DNA of 64,000 nucleotides from Solirubrobacterales bacterium (GTDB taxonomy: Bacteria; Actinomycetota; Thermoleophilia; Solirubrobacterales; 70-9), in assembly GCA_044871225.1 (NCBI GenBank), contig JBIOZP010000049.1:36766-100765 (forward strand). Reading direction: 5' to 3'. The notes under the pieces were generated by a model. It made no database searches. It had not been told where the DNA came from and worked only from the letters and a program-made list of their open reading frames with translations. Positions 43,038-52,240 of this stretch are shown one piece after another; positions within the stretch are counted from its first letter, which is position 1; every line of letters begins with the position of its first letter. The translations under genes were made by a program, and so were the position numbers.

Positions 43038-44255
43038 GTGGGCGAGGTCGCGGCCCGCCTGGAGGACCTTCGCCGCACCGGGCTGTACCGCCGCCTGAGG
43101 TTGATCGAGAGCCCGCAGGGGCCTCGCGTAATGCTCGACGGCGCCGAGGTCCTGCTGCTCTGCTCGAACAACTACCTGGGGCTTGCCGACCACCCCCGGG
43201 TACGGCAGGCCGCCGCCGACGCGGCCGAGCGCTTCGGCGCCTCAGCCGGCGCCTCGCGCCTCGTCTCCGGGAACATGTCGCTGCACCGGCGCCTCGAGGA
43301 GCGGATCGCCGAGTTTTCGGGCTACGAGGCCTCGCTGGTGTTCGGCTCGGGCTACCTCGCGAATCTCGGGACGGTCGCGGCGCTCGCGGGCCGAGGACAA
43401 ATGGTGTTCTCGGACGAGCTCAACCACGCCAGCATCATCGACGGGTGCAGGCTCTCCCGGGCCGAGCGCTTCGTCTACCGCCACGGTGACCTCGAGCACC
43501 TATCGTGGGGGCTGCGAAAGGCCGGCACGACGGCCTCGCTGATCGTCACGGACGCCGTCTTCTCGATGGACGGGGACGTCGCCCCGGTGGCGGAGCTGGT
43601 CGAGCTCGCGCGCCGGCACGGCTGCCGCCTGCTGGTTGACGAGGCCCACGCGATCGGGGCGCTGGGGCCGGGCGGGCGCGGAGCGGTGGCCGAGGCCGGG
43701 CTGGCGGGGGAGGTGGACGTGCTCGTCGGCACGCTGGGCAAGACGCTCGGCAGCTACGGGGCCTACGTCTGCGCCGAGGCGGAGCTCGTGGACCTGCTGG
43801 TCAACACCGCGCGGCCGTTCATCTTCTCCACGGGCCTTCCCCCGCCCGCCCTGGGAGCCGCGCTGGCCGCCCTGACCCTGCTCGACGGGCAGCCCGGCAT
43901 GGTCGACCAGCTGGCGCGAAATGCCGTCATCCTGCGCCAGGCGCTGGCGGAATTCGGCTTGGAGGTCGGGGACTCGCGCACCCAGATCGTCCCCGTGATC
44001 GTGGGCGATGCCGTCGGCACGATGGCGCTCTGCGAGCGGGTGCTGGAAGGCCGCGTGTTCGCCCAGGCGATTCGCCCGCCCACCGTGCCGGAAGGGACGT
44101 CACGTCTTCGGCTTTCGGTGATGGCCAACCACAGGGCGGACGAGCTCTGCGCGGCTGCCGGGGTGATCGGGAGCGCCGCCCGCGAGCTGGGGCTCCCAGG
44201 GCCGCCGGCCGAGCGGCGAGCAGCGCACCCCGCGCCCCTGAAGCGCGCCGCCTAG
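43038..44255 (+). CDS. bioF: 8-amino-7-oxononanoate synthase
   Basis: 405 aa. PLP-dependent acyltransferase motifs SNNYLGL, DEAHAIGALG and GTLGKTLGSYG. Confidence 0.9.
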   Translation: MGEVAARLEDLRRTGLYRRLRLIESPQGPRVMLDGAEVLLLCSNNYLGLADHPRVRQAAADAAERFGASAGASRLVSGNMSLHRRLEERIAEFSGYEASLVFGSGYLANLGTVAALAGRGQMVFSDELNHASIIDGCRLSRAERFVYRHGDLEHLSWGLRKAGTTASLIVTDAVFSMDGDVAPVAELVELARRHGCRLLVDEAHAIGALGPGGRGAVAEAGLAGEVDVLVGTLGKTLGSYGAYVCAEAELVDLLVNTARPFIFSTGLPPPALGAALAALTLLDGQPGMVDQLARNAVILRQALAEFGLEVGDSRTQIVPVIVGDAVGTMALCERVLEGRVFAQAIRPPTVPEGTSRLRLSVMANHRADELCAAAGVIGSAARELGLPGPPAERRAAHPAPLKRAA

Positions 44256-44265
44256 GCCCCGCCCG

Positions 44266-44913
44266 GTGCGCGGGCTCTTCGTCACCGGCACGGGCACGGA
44301 GGTCGGCAAGACCGTGGTCGCGGCCGTGGTCGCGCGCACGCTCGCTGGCGCCGGGAGGCGGGTCGCGGTCTTCAAGCCGGCGGTGACGGGGCTGGAGGCG
44401 GAGACCGAGCCCGACCACGCGCTGCTTAGGCGCGCGGCGGGATCGGCTCAAAGCGACCAGGAGATCGCGCCCTACCGGTTCCAGCCTCCGGTCTCGCCGC
44501 ACCTCGGGGCCGAGCTGGCCGGACGCGAGATCGACCCGGGACTCCTGCGGGCCGGGGCGCGCGGCGCCTGCGAGGGGGCCGACGTGCTCGTCGTGGAGGG
44601 CGTGGGCGGGCTCCTCGTCCCGCTGACCCTGGGCTATTCCGTTCGGGACTTCGCCCGCGATCTGGGGCTGCCGCTGGTGGTCGCGGCGGCACCGGGCCTC
44701 GGAACCATCAACCACACCCTCCTGACGATCGAGGCGGCCGCGACCGCCGGGATCGAGGTTCGCCTGGTCGTCCTCACGCCGTGGCCGGCAGATCCGTCCG
44801 CCGTCGAGCGCTCCAACCGCGAGACGATCGAGCGGCTGAGCGACAAGCCGGTGGCGACCCTGCCGCAGCTCGACCTCGGCCGGCCCGAGAGCTGGCCACC
44901 GCTCTCGCCGTAG
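44266..44913 (+). CDS. bioD: dethiobiotin synthetase
   Basis: 215 aa. P-loop FVTGTGTEVGKT plus VVEGVGGLLVP. Confidence 0.9.
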   Translation: MRGLFVTGTGTEVGKTVVAAVVARTLAGAGRRVAVFKPAVTGLEAETEPDHALLRRAAGSAQSDQEIAPYRFQPPVSPHLGAELAGREIDPGLLRAGARGACEGADVLVVEGVGGLLVPLTLGYSVRDFARDLGLPLVVAAAPGLGTINHTLLTIEAAATAGIEVRLVVLTPWPADPSAVERSNRETIERLSDKPVATLPQLDLGRPESWPPLSP

Positions 44914-44945
44914 GAGGCACCATCCGGTGCGCCGGCTGAACGCGA

Positions 44946-46424
44946 TCAGACGGCCGCGTGCTCGCCGGTCGCGAGCTCACCGCCGGGCGTCGCCGGTCCC
45001 TCGGCGACGGCCGGCTGGTGGCGCGGCTTGGACTTGCCGCGAATCGTGGCCGCTGCGATGAGGGCGCCGAGCAGGGCGACGCCGGTGGCGACCCACATCG
45101 AGGAGGCGAAGGCGTGGACGAACGTCGCGGGATCGCGGGTGCCCGCCGGGGCCTCGCCCTGGAACACGGCCCCCATCGCCGCCACGCCCAGCGAACCTCC
45201 GATCATCCGATTCATCGAGAGGATGCCCGAGGCGATGCCCGCCTTCGCCTCGGCCACGGCGTTCATCGCAGCCGTCGACATCGGCGACATCACGAACGCC
45301 ATGCCCAGGCCCATCAGCGTGAACGACGGCCAGATGGAGCCATAGGTAGTCCCGACGTCCACGGTGGTCAGCCAGTAGAGCGCGCCGGCGACGCTGAGCA
45401 GGCCGCCGGCGATCAACCAGCGGGGGCCGACGCGATCCGTGAGTCGGCCGGCCAGGGGCGCGAAGGCGACGATCATGAGCGTGGCGGGCAGGAATCGCAC
45501 GCCGGCCTCGAGCGGGGAGTAGAGCAGGATGTCCTGCATGTACAGCGCGAGGAAGAAGAACTGCCCGAGCATCGCGAACGTGACCACCAAGGCGACCAGG
45601 TTGGCCCCGATGAAGTTGCGGCTCGCGAACAGGCGGAACTCCACCATCGGCGCCGCGACGCGAAGCTCGACCAGGACGAACACGCCGATCATCAGCACGG
45701 ACCCCCCGAGCAGGGAGACGATCGCGAGCGACCCCCACCCCCAGGAGTTGCCCTCGATCAGGGCCAAAACGAGGGCCGTGAGCGCCACGGTCAGCGCCAC
45801 AACGCCCGCGAAGTCCACCTGGCGGCCCACCGTCTCGTCGCGGGACTCCCGAACCGCGAACAGCGAAGCGAGCACCGCGGCGAAGCCGACGGGGAGGTTG
45901 ATGTAGAAGATCGCCCGCCACGAGACGTGCTCGGTCAGCAGGCCGCCGAGCACGGGCCCGATCGCCAGCGCCAGCGCCGAGACGCCGGCCCAGGTCCCGA
46001 TCGCCTTGCCCCGCTCGTGGGGCGGGAAGGCGTTGGTCACGATCGACAGCGTGGCCGGCATCATCAGCGCGGCCCCGACCCCCTGGGCGACGCGGCTTGC
46101 GACCAGCGAGGTGGGGCCGGCGGCCAGCCCCGCGGTCGCGGACGAGATCGTGAACAGGGTGACCCCGATCAGGAAGACGAGCCGGCGCCCGAAGATGTCG
46201 CCGAGACGGCCCCCGGTGGCCAGGATGACGGCGAAGGCGAGCGTGTAGCCGTTGATCGTCCACTCGAGGCTGGACAGGCTGGCGCCCAGGTCGCGCTGGA
46301 TCGAGGGCAGCGCGACGTTCACCACCGTGTTGTCCAGCATGATCATGAACAGCGCGAAGCACATCGCCCCGAGCGTCCACCACCGGCGGTTCTCGTCCGT
46401 GATCAGGTGCCGGTAACGGTTCAC
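44946..46424 (-). CDS. MFS transporter, DHA2 (EmrB/QacA, 14-TMS) type
   Basis: 492 aa from GTG 46424 (VNRYRHLITDENRRWWTLGAMCFALFMIMLDNTVVNVALPSIQRDL). GTGA overlap with the marR stop. Confidence 0.85.
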   Translation of the reverse strand: MNRYRHLITDENRRWWTLGAMCFALFMIMLDNTVVNVALPSIQRDLGASLSSLEWTINGYTLAFAVILATGGRLGDIFGRRLVFLIGVTLFTISSATAGLAAGPTSLVASRVAQGVGAALMMPATLSIVTNAFPPHERGKAIGTWAGVSALALAIGPVLGGLLTEHVSWRAIFYINLPVGFAAVLASLFAVRESRDETVGRQVDFAGVVALTVALTALVLALIEGNSWGWGSLAIVSLLGGSVLMIGVFVLVELRVAAPMVEFRLFASRNFIGANLVALVVTFAMLGQFFFLALYMQDILLYSPLEAGVRFLPATLMIVAFAPLAGRLTDRVGPRWLIAGGLLSVAGALYWLTTVDVGTTYGSIWPSFTLMGLGMAFVMSPMSTAAMNAVAEAKAGIASGILSMNRMIGGSLGVAAMGAVFQGEAPAGTRDPATFVHAFASSMWVATGVALLGALIAAATIRGKSKPRHQPAVAEGPATPGGELATGEHAAV

Positions 46425-46951
46425 TTGCGGCTCGCCCTCCGGTTGGCTTCGTACAGGCGACGGAAGCCCTCGTCCTCGAGCAGGGCGTCGAACGCGGTCA
46501 CGAGCTTTCGCCGTTGACCGGGCGTGAGCCGGCCGGCCAGCGCCTCGAGCCCCGCCGTGCGGCGGTGCGCGAGCTCCTCGACGAACTTGCGCCCGGCGGC
46601 GGTGGTCGCGATCCGGCGCACCCGGCGGTCGTCCGGGTCCTCCGTGCGGGTCGCCAGGCCCCGGTCGACGAGCGCGTCGACGATGCGGGTGGCGGCGGGC
46701 GGGGCGAGGCCGAGCGACTCGGCGAGGTCCTTGGTCGGGCACGGGCCCTCGGCGCCTCCGGAGAGCGCGATCAAAGCCTTGAGCTGCGGCAGCGTCATCC
46801 CGCTCTCCTCGACCGCGCCCAGGTAGCCGGCCCCGCGATCGAGCTCCCACAGGTAGCGCATCAAGGTCACCATGCCGTCGGCGATCCGCTCCCGCTCCTG
46901 CTTGGTCGCCTTGCCGGAGGGGGGCTTGTCCGTGAGCGCCGTTGCGTGCAT
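46421..46951 (-). CDS. MarR family transcriptional regulator
   Basis: 176 aa from ATG 46951. Winged-helix region: LPQLKALIAL...TKDLAESLGLAPPAATRIVDALVDRGLATRTEDPDDRRVRRI. Confidence 0.85.
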   Translation of the reverse strand: MHATALTDKPPSGKATKQERERIADGMVTLMRYLWELDRGAGYLGAVEESGMTLPQLKALIALSGGAEGPCPTKDLAESLGLAPPAATRIVDALVDRGLATRTEDPDDRRVRRIATTAAGRKFVEELAHRRTAGLEALAGRLTPGQRRKLVTAFDALLEDEGFRRLYEANRRASRK

Positions 46952-46962
46952 GCGTGAAATTA

Positions 46963-46983
46963 TTGCAGCTCTGCAACTGTTGC
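46963..46983. promoter_or_regulatory. overlapping palindromes in the marR-bioA divergent region (candidate MarR operator)
   Basis: TTGCAG-CT-CTGCAA (46963-46976) overlaps GCAAC-T-GTTGC (46973-46983). It lies 12 nt upstream of the marR ATG in a locally AT-richer stretch. Confidence 0.45.
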
Positions 46984-47061
46984 GAGGCGGCAATTAGTGT
47001 GAGGTCGGTCACAGATGTGCGAAGGGATTCCGCCGCGACCGCGTCTAACGTGGCCCCTCGG

Positions 47062-48417
47062 ATGAGAGACGGCCAGGCGTCACCGGGCCCTCCCGGTTCG
47101 GCAACAGCCGAGCTCGACCATCGTCACCTCTGGCATCCGTTCACGCCGCAGAGCGAGTGGTGCGGCGAGGAGCCCCTGGTGATCGAGAGCGGCGAGGGAG
47201 CGCGGCTGGTCGACTCGCGGGGAAGGAGCTACCTCGACGGCGTCTCGTCACTGTGGTGCAACGTGCACGGCCACCGTCATCCGCTGATCGACGCCGCGGT
47301 TCGCGAGCAGCTCGATCGGATCGCCCACTCGACCATGCTCGGGCTCACCCATCCCCCGGCCGCCCAGCTCGCGGCCCGCTTGGTCGAGCTCGCGCCGCCG
47401 GGCCTCAGCCGCGTCTTCTACTGCGACTCGGGCTCGGCCGCGGCGGAGGTCGCGCTCAAGATGGCGTTTCAGTACTGGCAGCAGCGCGGCGGGCAGCACC
47501 GCCGGCGAACCGCCTTCGTGTGCCTGCGGGACTCCTACCACGGCGACACCCTGGGCGCGATGTCGGTCGGGGGAATCGGCCAGTTCCGGGGCGCTTACTC
47601 GCCACTCCTCTTCCGCGCGCATCAGGTGGAGCCCGGCGACGCCGCGCAGCTCGAGAGCCTGCTGGACCTCCACGCCGAGGAGATCGCGGCGGTGATCGTC
47701 GAGCCGCTCGTGCAGGGAGCGGCCGGGATCCGCATTCAGCCCCCGGGGTACTTGCGGCGCGTTCGCGAGCTGACGGAGCGCCACGGCGTGCTCCTCATCT
47801 GCGACGAGGTCGCCACCGGGTTCGGGCGCACCGGGACCATGTTCGCCTGCGAGCAGGAGCGGGTGGCGCCCGACTTCCTGTGTCTGGGCAAGGGCCTGAC
47901 CGGCGGCTACCTGCCCCTGGCTGCCACCCTGACCACCCAGCGCGTCTACGACGGCTTCCTCGGAGCTCCCGAGGAGGGCCGCACCTTCTTCCACGGCCAT
48001 ACCTTCACCGGCAACCCCCTCGCCTGCGCGGCGGCTCTGGCCAGCCTGGAAGCGTTCGAGAGCGAGGGAACGCTCGTGCGCCTGCAGCCGAAGATCCGCC
48101 TCTTCGGCGAGCTGGTCACGGAGCTCGGCGATCTGCCCGAGGTTGCCGAGGTCCGCGGGCGTGGCCTGATGGCGGGAATCGACCTGGGGCAGCACGATCC
48201 CGCGCTCCGGCTCGGTCACCGAGTCTCGCTGGAGGCTCGGGAGCGGGGTGCGATCGTGCGGCCGCTGGGGGACGTCGTCGTCCTGATGCCGCCGCTCTCG
48301 ATCGACCAGCTCGAGCTGCGACGGCTGATCGAGATCGTGGCGGCCTCCGTCGAGGCCGCTTTCGAATCCGCCTACGGCGCGCCGCAGGCCGCTCCGTCGC
48401 TGGCCCAAGCGGCGTAG
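47062..48417 (+). CDS. bioA: adenosylmethionine-8-amino-7-oxononanoate aminotransferase
   Basis: 451 aa from ATG 47062. Contains LWHPFT, SSLWCNVHGH, DEVATGFGRTG and the PLP-Lys context CLGKGLTGGY. Confidence 0.9.
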   Translation: MRDGQASPGPPGSATAELDHRHLWHPFTPQSEWCGEEPLVIESGEGARLVDSRGRSYLDGVSSLWCNVHGHRHPLIDAAVREQLDRIAHSTMLGLTHPPAAQLAARLVELAPPGLSRVFYCDSGSAAAEVALKMAFQYWQQRGGQHRRRTAFVCLRDSYHGDTLGAMSVGGIGQFRGAYSPLLFRAHQVEPGDAAQLESLLDLHAEEIAAVIVEPLVQGAAGIRIQPPGYLRRVRELTERHGVLLICDEVATGFGRTGTMFACEQERVAPDFLCLGKGLTGGYLPLAATLTTQRVYDGFLGAPEEGRTFFHGHTFTGNPLACAAALASLEAFESEGTLVRLQPKIRLFGELVTELGDLPEVAEVRGRGLMAGIDLGQHDPALRLGHRVSLEARERGAIVRPLGDVVVLMPPLSIDQLELRRLIEIVAASVEAAFESAYGAPQAAPSLAQAA

Positions 48418-48552
48418 CGACTGGGGCTATCGCCGCTCGAGCGCCTGCGCCAACGAATCCATTCCGCCTGGCACAGTTCGATCCGTATGGGGTCGCAACT
48501 GCCATCGCGAGAATTCTTCGTGATGAGCGAGGCTTTTCCACGTAGTAGGGGC

Positions 48553-49089
48553 ATGACGCAGACGCTCGCCGCCGTGGCGAACGAGATCCCGGCCGATGCC
48601 GCGACCGCGTTCGACGAGCTCTACCGGCGAAATCGCGACGACGTCTACGCCTACGTCGCCGGCCTCCTTCGCGACCGCTCCGCGGCCGAGGACGTCACCG
48701 CACTCGCCTTCGAGCGCGCCTACCGTCGCCGGCGCAGCTTCAATCCCAAGCGCGGCAGCCGGCGCGGGTGGCTGTTCGGGATCGCCCGCAACGCGGCGCT
48801 CGACGAGCTCCGCCGGCGCCGGCGCCAGGCGGCGCTGGTCGCCGAGCCGGTCGACGACGCTTCGCCCACGCCCGAGCAGGGCGGGGAGGCCGCGCTTCGC
48901 CGGGCGGCCCTGCGGGATGCACTCGCCTCGCTGGCTCCGCGCGAGCGGGAGCTGGTGGCGCTGAAGTTCTTTGCCGGCCTCACGAACTCCGAGATCGCCC
49001 AGGCGATCGGGACAACCGAGACCAACGCCGGCACCCGGCTGCACCGAGTGATCCAGAAGCTGAGGAGGGCCTGCGATGAGGCTGCGTGA
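48553..49089 (+). CDS. ECF-type RNA polymerase sigma-70 family factor
   Basis: 178 aa from ATG 48553. Region 2 (FDELYRRNRDDVYAYV...AEDVTALAFERAY) and region 4 HTH (LKFFAGLTNSEIAQAIGTTETNAGTRLHRVIQKLR). Confidence 0.85.
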   Translation: MTQTLAAVANEIPADAATAFDELYRRNRDDVYAYVAGLLRDRSAAEDVTALAFERAYRRRRSFNPKRGSRRGWLFGIARNAALDELRRRRRQAALVAEPVDDASPTPEQGGEAALRRAALRDALASLAPRERELVALKFFAGLTNSEIAQAIGTTETNAGTRLHRVIQKLRRACDEAA

Positions 49090-50338
49090 ACGCGATCTGC
49101 CCCAGGACCCGGACGTCGAGCGCGAGCTCGAGGCCATCGAGGGCGCGCTGGCCGGCGAGCGCGTCGATCCGGAGCTGGAGCACCTGGCGCGGGTCGCGCT
49201 GGAGCTTCGCGGCGAGCGACCGCTGCCGAGCGCCGAGACGCAGGCCAGGCTTGACGAGCGGGCGGCCGAGGGCTTCCCGCCCCGAGCCGGCGACCGGCTC
49301 GGGCGCTTTCACCGGAAGGCGTCTGACGGGCTTCGCCCCCTTCGCGGGCCTGATGCGCGGCGAGTGCTTCCCGCGCTCGGTGGAGCGACTGCCTGCGTGG
49401 TCGCGATCGGGATCGGCGTCTCCCAGAGCGGCGTACTGCGGGGAGACCAGGACGCGCCGCAGACCGCGCAGACCGCAAGGCCACAGCCGGCACCCGCCTC
49501 GGACACGCCGGATTCCACCCTCGGGTACTCCGGTCGGGACCGATTCAGCACCGCCAGCCGTGGCAGCGCGCCGGCGGCTGAGTCTCTCAGTGCTCAGAAT
49601 CTGCCTTCGGCGGCCAACCGCGCTGTGAAGCGCAAAATCGCCCAGGATGTCGACCTCGGGCTCTCGACGGCCCCAGAGGACTTCCGCGCCGCCGCCGACG
49701 GGGTACTCGACGTGGTTCGCGACCACCGCGGATTTGTGCTCCGCTCGAACGTCTCCGGGGGCGATCCGGGGGTCAACGGCGCGGAACGGGGACGGGCCCA
49801 CTTCACGCTTCGAATCCCGGCCGGAGAGCTGTCGGCCGCGATGGGAGACCTCTCCGACCTGGGGCACGTCGTCTCCCGAAGCGACGGCGCCGTGGATGTC
49901 ACGGACCGCTTCGTCTCCGCCCGCAGGCAGATCGACGAGCTGACGGCGACGCGCGACCGCCTGCTGCGTGAGCTGGGGGAGGCCGCCACGCTCGCCGAGC
50001 AGCAGAGCATCCGGGCCCGGCTTCGCATCGTCGAGACGCGCCTGGCCGCCGCGCACGGGGATCTCGCCAAGGCACACAGGCGAGTGCAGCTGGTCCCGGT
50101 GAGCGTCACGATCACCGCCGACAGCAGGACGACCTCTGGAGGGGCCTGGACGATCGGCGACGCCCTCGACGACGCGGGCCGGGTGCTCACCGTCGCCGCC
50201 GGCGTGGCTCTGGTGGCCGGCGCGGCGCTGCTGCCGTTCGCCCTGCTCGCAGCCCTGATCGCCGGGGTGCGGCGGGAGTGGGTGCGGCGTCAGCGCGATC
50301 GTGCCCTGGAAGCGGCTCCCGGCTCAACCGCGAGCTGA
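49076..50338 (+). CDS. DUF4349-type membrane-anchored protein, putative partner/anti-sigma of the ECF sigma factor
   Basis: 420 aa, overlapping the sigma gene by 14 nt. A long coiled region (ELTATRDRLLRELGEAATLAEQQSIRARLRIVETRL) precedes a C-terminal TM helix (VALVAGAALLPFALLAALIAGV). No HxxxCxxC zinc motif is present. Confidence 0.6.
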   Translation: MRLRERDLPQDPDVERELEAIEGALAGERVDPELEHLARVALELRGERPLPSAETQARLDERAAEGFPPRAGDRLGRFHRKASDGLRPLRGPDARRVLPALGGATACVVAIGIGVSQSGVLRGDQDAPQTAQTARPQPAPASDTPDSTLGYSGRDRFSTASRGSAPAAESLSAQNLPSAANRAVKRKIAQDVDLGLSTAPEDFRAAADGVLDVVRDHRGFVLRSNVSGGDPGVNGAERGRAHFTLRIPAGELSAAMGDLSDLGHVVSRSDGAVDVTDRFVSARRQIDELTATRDRLLRELGEAATLAEQQSIRARLRIVETRLAAAHGDLAKAHRRVQLVPVSVTITADSRTTSGGAWTIGDALDDAGRVLTVAAGVALVAGAALLPFALLAALIAGVRREWVRRQRDRALEAAPGSTAS

Positions 50339-50360
50339 GCCGGGACACGCCAGGAGGCGG

Positions 50361-50546
50361 CTACTCCTCGTAGGGCTCGAAGTCGGCCTTGCGGGCCCCG
50401 CAGACGGGGCAGAACCAGTCGTCGGGAATCGCGTCGAACGGCGTCCCCGGGGGGATGCCGCCGTCCGGATCGCCCTCCTCGGGGTCGTAGATGAACCCGC
50501 AGGATGTGCAGATCCAAAGCTGGGCGGTCTGGGTTTCGGGCGTCAT
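50361..50546 (-). CDS. rubredoxin
   Basis: 61 aa: [41 protein letters not shown], with two CxxC pairs. Confidence 0.95.
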   Translation of the reverse strand: MTPETQTAQLWICTSCGFIYDPEEGDPDGGIPPGTPFDAIPDDWFCPVCGARKADFEPYEE

Positions 50547-50604
50547 CGCGGAGCAGCTTACCCGGGATTCGGCGGCGGAATCGGTCGTCTAGGGTGGCCC
50601 GAGG

Positions 50605-51231
50605 ATGGCTCCGTCAAGTCCGCGTCCCGCCGCCTCGATCATCCTCCTGCGCCGGGGCGGCAAGCATCGCCAGCGCGGGCTCGAGGTGCTGCTGGTCCGG
50701 CGCAGCCCGGAAGCCAGCTTCATGCCCGGCGTGTGGGTGTTCCCGGGCGGCGTGGTCGAGGACGACGAAGCCCTCGGCCCTCCCGTGCCCGGCGGCGACT
50801 CCGACGCCGCCGAGCTCGCCCACCGAGCCTGCGCGCTGCGCGAGCTGTGGGAGGAGGCCGGGGTTCAGCTCCCCGCCGAGGCGGAGCTGCGGCGCTGGTC
50901 GCGCTGGATCACCCCGGAGATCGTGCCCGTGCGCTTCGACACCCGCTTCTACGTCGCCCTTGCCCCCGCCCACTCGCCGCCGCGCCCCGACGGGGCCGAG
51001 ACGACGGAGGCCGCGTGGATCTCGCCCTCCGAAGCGCTCGACCGTCACGGGCGCGGCGAGCTGTCGCTGGTCTTTCCCACGATCAAGCACCTCGAGTCGC
51101 TGCTGCCCTACGGGAGCGCGGCCGAGGTGCTGGCCGCTGCCGCCGAGCGCTCGTTCGAGCCGATCCTCCCCCGGGTGGTCGGGGAGGGCTCCGACCGCCG
51201 GGTCGTGCTCCCCGGGGAGCCCGGATACTGA
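50605..51231 (+). CDS. NUDIX hydrolase
   Basis: 208 aa. Nudix box GGVVEDDE...ALRELWEEAGV. Confidence 0.8.
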   Translation: MAPSSPRPAASIILLRRGGKHRQRGLEVLLVRRSPEASFMPGVWVFPGGVVEDDEALGPPVPGGDSDAAELAHRACALRELWEEAGVQLPAEAELRRWSRWITPEIVPVRFDTRFYVALAPAHSPPRPDGAETTEAAWISPSEALDRHGRGELSLVFPTIKHLESLLPYGSAAEVLAAAAERSFEPILPRVVGEGSDRRVVLPGEPGY

Positions 51232-51256
51232 GCCGGCTTCGGACTATGTTTCGGGC

Positions 51257-52234
51257 GTGACGGCAACCCTGCCCCAGGAGGCCCGGGAGGCCTTCGAGCG
51301 CTTCATCACCTGCGAGCTCACCACGGTCGCCGCGACCCAGCAGCCGATCGTCTGGCCGGTTACTCCCTACTACTCCTCCGGCGGGGCGACCGTCGACACC
51401 TCCACCGGCCTGGGGTATCCGAAGAAGGCCAACGACGCGCGCCGAAACCCCCACGTGGCGCTGCTCTTCTCGGATCCCACGGGCTCCGGCATCGAAACCG
51501 GGATCCAGGTCCTGGTGCAGGGGACGGCCGAGGTGGACGACCGGGATCTCGACGCAAACCGAGAACGCTACCGGCGCGAATCGGCGGTCAAGCTGCCACG
51601 TGGCAGGGCCGTGATGCCGCCGCGCTTCCTCGATCGGATCGCGGCTTGGTACGTCAACCGCATCTACATCAAGGTCCGTCCCGAGCGCGTCTTCTTGTGG
51701 CCGGACGGCGACATCGCCAAGCCGCCCGATTGTCACGGCGCCCACCTCGAGGAGGTCCGCTCCGGCCACAGCGAGGAGCCCCTCGAGGCCCACGAGCCGC
51801 CCGCGGGCGGGGCGGTAGCGTGGGACGAGCGCGTGGATCGGCTGGGTGTCCGCTACGAGACCGCGGTCCTTGCGTGGATCGCGCCGGACGGCTTCCCGCT
51901 GGCCGCCCGGGTGCCGATCGCCGTGGAGCCCGCGGAGCGCCGAATCTCAGTCGGCGCGGGCCCGGCCGGCCTGCCCATGATCGAGGGACGCGCCTGCCTG
52001 ACCGCGCACGGGCACGACGCCGACTTCAAGTGGAGAGAGAACCACCAGCTCCGCGGCGACCTGACGCGAACCTCCGACGGCTGGGCGCTAGTTCCGCGCA
52101 AGCTCGTCGGCGGCCTCGAGCTGCCGAACCGAGGCATCGTCAGCCGCTACCAGGGAGCCATGACCCGATCGCTCGGCTTCTACCGAACGGCCCGACGGGA
52201 GCTCAAGAAGAGGAGGGCGCAGAGCGGAGACTGA
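51257..52234 (+). CDS. pyridoxamine 5'-phosphate oxidase-like (split-barrel flavin/deazaflavin-binding) family protein, two-domain
   Basis: 325 aa from GTG 51257 (VTATLPQEAREAFERFITCELTTV). Contains ARRNPHVALLFSDP and VLVQGTAEV. The track ORF from 50504 is a wrong-frame read-through of the NUDIX gene. Confidence 0.65.
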   Translation: MTATLPQEAREAFERFITCELTTVAATQQPIVWPVTPYYSSGGATVDTSTGLGYPKKANDARRNPHVALLFSDPTGSGIETGIQVLVQGTAEVDDRDLDANRERYRRESAVKLPRGRAVMPPRFLDRIAAWYVNRIYIKVRPERVFLWPDGDIAKPPDCHGAHLEEVRSGHSEEPLEAHEPPAGGAVAWDERVDRLGVRYETAVLAWIAPDGFPLAARVPIAVEPAERRISVGAGPAGLPMIEGRACLTAHGHDADFKWRENHQLRGDLTRTSDGWALVPRKLVGGLELPNRGIVSRYQGAMTRSLGFYRTARRELKKRRAQSGD

Positions 52235-52240
52235 GCCCGC

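Noticed and set aside
48469-48483. TGGCAC motif upstream of the ECF sigma gene as a possible sigma-54 promoter.
   Set aside because: The -12 element is wrong: GATC occurs where TTGC is expected, five nucleotides after TGGCAC. No enhancer-binding protein is nearby.
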